From NCBI GenBank assembly GCA_965208325.1, contig OZ242326.1:1952001-2016000 (forward strand): 64,000 nucleotides of DNA, given 5' to 3'. The DNA comes from Candidatus Poribacteria bacterium. Its GTDB lineage: Bacteria; Poribacteria; WGA-4E; PCPOR2b. A program made the position numbers and the translations under genes. Of the stretch, positions 60,621-64,000 are shown one piece after another. A model generated the notes under the pieces. The model did not search any database and was not told the origin of the DNA. It was given only the letters and a program-made list of their open reading frames with translations. The stretch's first letter is position 1; every line of letters begins with the position of its first letter.

Positions 60621-61574
60621 CTACGGGATGCCCAGCGCTTCAATCTCCTGATGCAAATCGGACGGCAGCGGGCCGTCATAGGCCGCGATAACGTTCTCCT
60701 CTACCTCAGCGGGACTTTTTGGACCGATCAACATCGTGGTCACGTCCGGATCGCCCATGAGATACCGGACGCTTAGTGCAGCAATTGAAAGACCGCTCTC
60801 GCGCTGTAATTCGTATAGGCGTTCGAACCGCCGCCGGATATCCGGCGGGAAAGATTCAGCGACCTCCTGTTGAGATGACGCAAACATCCCGCCCCGAAGC
60901 GCGCCGCCCAACACCATGGCTACGCCCCGCTCGCGTGCGAGCGGTAGGGATTCGCGGCGAATGTCACGCCATATCAGGTCGTAGTGACCTGCAACCAGAT
61001 AAGCGTCTACATCCACATGGCGTAATGCGTGAGCCGTCTCGGTTGCGCTGTTACCGGTTACACCGGTAAACCGGCAAAGCCCCTGCGCTTTCGCCTCATT
61101 CAGCGCCTGCATGACAGGGGAATCCGCAAAATCGTAGTCTTGATCTGGATCGACGTATTCGTCGTGCGGCAATTCGTCCGTCCACCAAGCGCGCCAATCC
61201 GCCTCATGCACCTGAAACGCACCAATGCTATCCCGCTGCAGCGTACGCAGGTTTTCTCCAATTTGAACATGAATCGCCTCGACGGAACGGAAATGCCGCG
61301 TGTCGCGGAAATGACCAACTTTCGTCGCCAATACGTACCCATCAGGGCGGCTCCTCAATGCCACGCCTAAAATCATCTGCGACGGCCCATAAAGCGGGGA
61401 GGTATCGATGTAGGTTATACCCATGTCGAGCGCGCAATGCACTGTGGCTACGCCGTCGTTCAGGGAAATATCTCCGAGATGAGAGCCGCCCAATCCTACG
61501 ACGGTTACATGTTCGTCCGAGCTGCCAAAAGGCCGTTTCTCGATTGTGTTAGCCAATGGTGGTTCTCCTTTCAT
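60621..61574 (-). CDS. Aldo/keto reductase
   Basis: VGLGG, GITYIDTSPLYG, LATKVG, QVHE and IGPKSPAEVEEN. Confidence 0.88.
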   Translation of the reverse strand: MKGEPPLANTIEKRPFGSSDEHVTVVGLGGSHLGDISLNDGVATVHCALDMGITYIDTSPLYGPSQMILGVALRSRPDGYVLATKVGHFRDTRHFRSVEAIHVQIGENLRTLQRDSIGAFQVHEADWRAWWTDELPHDEYVDPDQDYDFADSPVMQALNEAKAQGLCRFTGVTGNSATETAHALRHVDVDAYLVAGHYDLIWRDIRRESLPLARERGVAMVLGGALRGGMFASSQQEVAESFPPDIRRRFERLYELQRESGLSIAALSVRYLMGDPDVTTMLIGPKSPAEVEENVIAAYDGPLPSDLHQEIEALGIP

Positions 61575-61635
61575 TCTTGAATTTTAAACCGGTTCCCCCA
61601 GTGGTTTAGCGCTTTGTTTGGGGGATGGGCGAAAT

Positions 61636-62484
61636 TCATGCCGCTTGAAAGGCATCAAGCGTCGCTTTCAATAGTCGAGAGGCGTGGAACGGGTCCGGGT
61701 GGCCCCACACATCCGCTTGCACCCACCGGTCATATCCAACGTTTCGCAGCGCACTGAGAATTGCGTCAAGATCGAGGATGCCTTCGCCCGCGCCGAGGTG
61801 GCGTGCAACATTTTGAAAGTTGCTGTCGTCCGAGTCGCAGAAGTGCACATGACCAATGTAATCCGCATACTTCGTGACAGCTTCGAGCGCGTCGCCGTCA
61901 AGCATCTGCGCATGGCCGCAGTCGTAAATCAAGCGAAAGTTGGGTGATCCCACGGCGTCCACAACCCGCGCGGCGAGCGCGTAGTTGTACGCAAGTTGGA
62001 TAGCCTCCGGCTCAATGGTTGTCATCAGATTGAGTTCCTCTGCGCGCGCAGCGACGGGCCGGAGCGCTTCCGCCATTCTGGACACGACTTCGTCCTGCGG
62101 CAGGTCTGGCTGTTTCATGGCGGGCCAAAATCCGCATTGAACGCCGCCCATGGCGTGGCAGAACTCGACCTGTTCAACTGCGCACCGCCCCCATTCCAAT
62201 CGGCTCGACTGATCTGGCGAACCGATTTCACCCCGCGTCACGCCTGCCTGAATGCCCACGACTTCCAAGCCGTGCGCAGTGACCTGCCGGGCATAAGCGG
62301 CAACAGCCGCCGCATCGTGAATGTCGGGGTAGGGCGCAATTCCAGCTCCGTCCCTGCCGTCGAGTTCTATGCCGTCATAACCCAGCTCGACTGCATGTTC
62401 AAGCACTTCTTCATACGTAACTTTGACGTTGTGGATAGGGCCTAACACGGCGAATCCATTTATTCCAAGACATATTTTCCACAT
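61636..62484 (-). CDS. Sugar phosphate isomerase/epimerase (TIM barrel)
   Basis: LGYDGIEL, IEPE, YDCGH, HVHFCD and HLGAGEGILD. AAGGAG RBS. Confidence 0.87.
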   Translation of the reverse strand: MWKICLGINGFAVLGPIHNVKVTYEEVLEHAVELGYDGIELDGRDGAGIAPYPDIHDAAAVAAYARQVTAHGLEVVGIQAGVTRGEIGSPDQSSRLEWGRCAVEQVEFCHAMGGVQCGFWPAMKQPDLPQDEVVSRMAEALRPVAARAEELNLMTTIEPEAIQLAYNYALAARVVDAVGSPNFRLIYDCGHAQMLDGDALEAVTKYADYIGHVHFCDSDDSNFQNVARHLGAGEGILDLDAILSALRNVGYDRWVQADVWGHPDPFHASRLLKATLDAFQAA

Positions 62485-62588
62485 TTGCGATACTCCTTCA
62501 TGTTGTCGGTATACTCAAACCGAGAGATTATTGACCTGTTCAAAAGTGCAGAATCAATGGGAAAAACGCCGGAATCACCTGAATTCGG

Positions 62589-63383
62589 TCATTCATTTTT
62601 GAAGCCGGCGTCCGCGTATCTTTGGGTTGCGGGTGTCCACTGGCTGTAAAAGGCACGCTGCGCCGGGTTCGGATGCTGCGCCAGGCGTTCAGGAATGAGT
62701 ACCCACTCCGTCAAAACCGGACTTGCGGCGCGGCTATAATAGGTGTGTTGCGTCCGCCTGCCTGCATCGGTTGTCCCAGCGAAACGCGCATGATAGGTGG
62801 CAATATTGTAAAGGATAGCGGTACCTGCGGCACCGCGAATCGGAATTTCGCGATAATCAGCCATCTCGGCTTTGGCATCTTCTGCCGTGGCGTAGGGGTG
62901 GCTATTCGGGACAACGGAGAAACAGGGCGTCTTTTCTGTCACATCCGTCAGGTAGAAGATGCGGCACAGATAGCGGCACTGGTAATCGTGATTTGGATCC
63001 CAGTTATCGCGGGTAAGGTAAGAGTGGTCCTGATGGAAACGCATGGGATTCTTTCCATCGCCGTCCGGCAACTCACGAAAATCGAACTGCGCGAATCGCA
63101 CATCCTCTCCGAGGATTGCTTCTATGAGCGGATACGTGGTCGGATGCTGGACGAAGGCGTCGAGCTGCGGGTGTTCGACGAGGATTTGTCCGTGGTCGTG
63201 AATATCGCGGGTGCCTATTCCCCATTCGTCCGGAATCTGCTGTTGGCTTTCCGCCACAAAACGGTTGAGAAAATCAATTTCATTGGACGTCAGTCCGTCC
63301 GAAATGACCGCATAGTTGTTCCGCTGGAAAAAGTCGAGTATGTCATCGCGTTGATTCGGTGTAAATGAAGGGTGTTCGTGCAT
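62589..63383 (-). CDS. PhyH-family Fe(II)/2OG dioxygenase
   Basis: FHQD, FYLTDV, VVPNSH, AGTAILYN...YH and RR. Confidence 0.87.
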   Translation of the reverse strand: MHEHPSFTPNQRDDILDFFQRNNYAVISDGLTSNEIDFLNRFVAESQQQIPDEWGIGTRDIHDHGQILVEHPQLDAFVQHPTTYPLIEAILGEDVRFAQFDFRELPDGDGKNPMRFHQDHSYLTRDNWDPNHDYQCRYLCRIFYLTDVTEKTPCFSVVPNSHPYATAEDAKAEMADYREIPIRGAAGTAILYNIATYHARFAGTTDAGRRTQHTYYSRAASPVLTEWVLIPERLAQHPNPAQRAFYSQWTPATQRYADAGFKNE

Positions 63384-63500
63384 AATTTATATTTGATTTC
63401 CAATCCGGGGAGGCAGCAGCCGCCAAATTTGTGATAATGTCCGGTAGTTTTAAACGAAATTTAACGATGACGTGGAGTGATTCGCTGTTTCACAGCGAAT

Positions 63501-63930
63501 GCGCGGCAAGATGCCGCGCCTACAAAGGGGGCAAATTCACGAAATATGGTGCCTGTTAGTGGGCGCCTTCTCACACCAAATCATGACAGAAGCAGTCGAT
63601 GTTGCTCATCAATTGCGCGGCAAGATGCCGCGCCTACAAAGGGGGTCAATTCACGAAATATGGTGCCTGTTAGTGGGCACAATCTTACACCAAATCATGA
63701 TAGAAGCAGTCGATGTTTCTCATCAATTGCGCGGCAAGATGCCGCGCCTACAAAGGGGGCAAATTCACGAAATATGGTGCCTGTTAGTGGGCGCATTCTC
63801 ACACCAAATCATGACAGAAGCAGTCGAGGTTGCTCATCAATTGCGCGGCAAGATGCCGCGCCTACAAAGGGGGTCAATTCACGAACTACGGTGTCCGTTA
63901 GTGAGCGAAATCCTACACCAGATTATGATG
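63501..63930 (-). repeat. REP-A tandem array, 114-bp period x4
   Basis: Perfect REP-A at 63501, 63615, 63729 and 63843 with homologous 91-nt linkers. Confidence 0.92.
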
Positions 63931-64000
63931 GAAGTCAAGAAAATTGTGATTACTTTACCGCAGGTTTTACGTACCGCCATTTGTTATTGACACAGATTTG

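Noticed and set aside
63499..63990. 163-aa repeat-protein ORF, and similar RGKMPRL/ARQDAAPT/NPLYPTYK ORFs in all mosaics
   Set aside because: These are translations of REP arrays. The frame stays open because 114 is divisible by 3, and there is no credible RBS or start.
1..64000. tRNA, rRNA or prophage genes
   Set aside because: None were recognised by eye. A tRNAscan or Infernal run would be needed to exclude them formally.

Overview
A 64 kb bacterial chromosomal window with about 34 genes and about 10 kb (roughly 16%) of intergenic repeat mosaics. The gene content is five PhyH-type Fe/2OG dioxygenases, three sugar-phosphate isomerase/epimerases, a PorV-like barrel, three secreted proteins with FlgD/T9SS-like C-terminal domains, BNR/NHL/HEAT repeat proteins, murB, glycerate kinase, MacA/MacB, a tricorn protease and a GH95-like hydrolase. 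This content suggests a Candidatus Poribacteria-like organism (inference only). The main signal is a REP-associated HUH tyrosine transposase (RAYT, 3857-4342) and its 23-bp GTAG-hairpin REP. That REP occurs more than 50 times, every copy found in the same orientation, as direct-repeat arrays. It is concatenated with at least six other hairpin families in stereotyped, tandemly amplified units. One family is a 102-bp split REP with near-invariant arms around a core of fixed length (71-72 nt in every copy measured; 17 complete copies) but highly variable sequence. This is the best candidate for an undescribed system. Also notable are a PhyH protein with a halogenase-type HxG motif, a pseudogene cut by a REP array, and a window-edge AAA ATPase that the ORF track missed.
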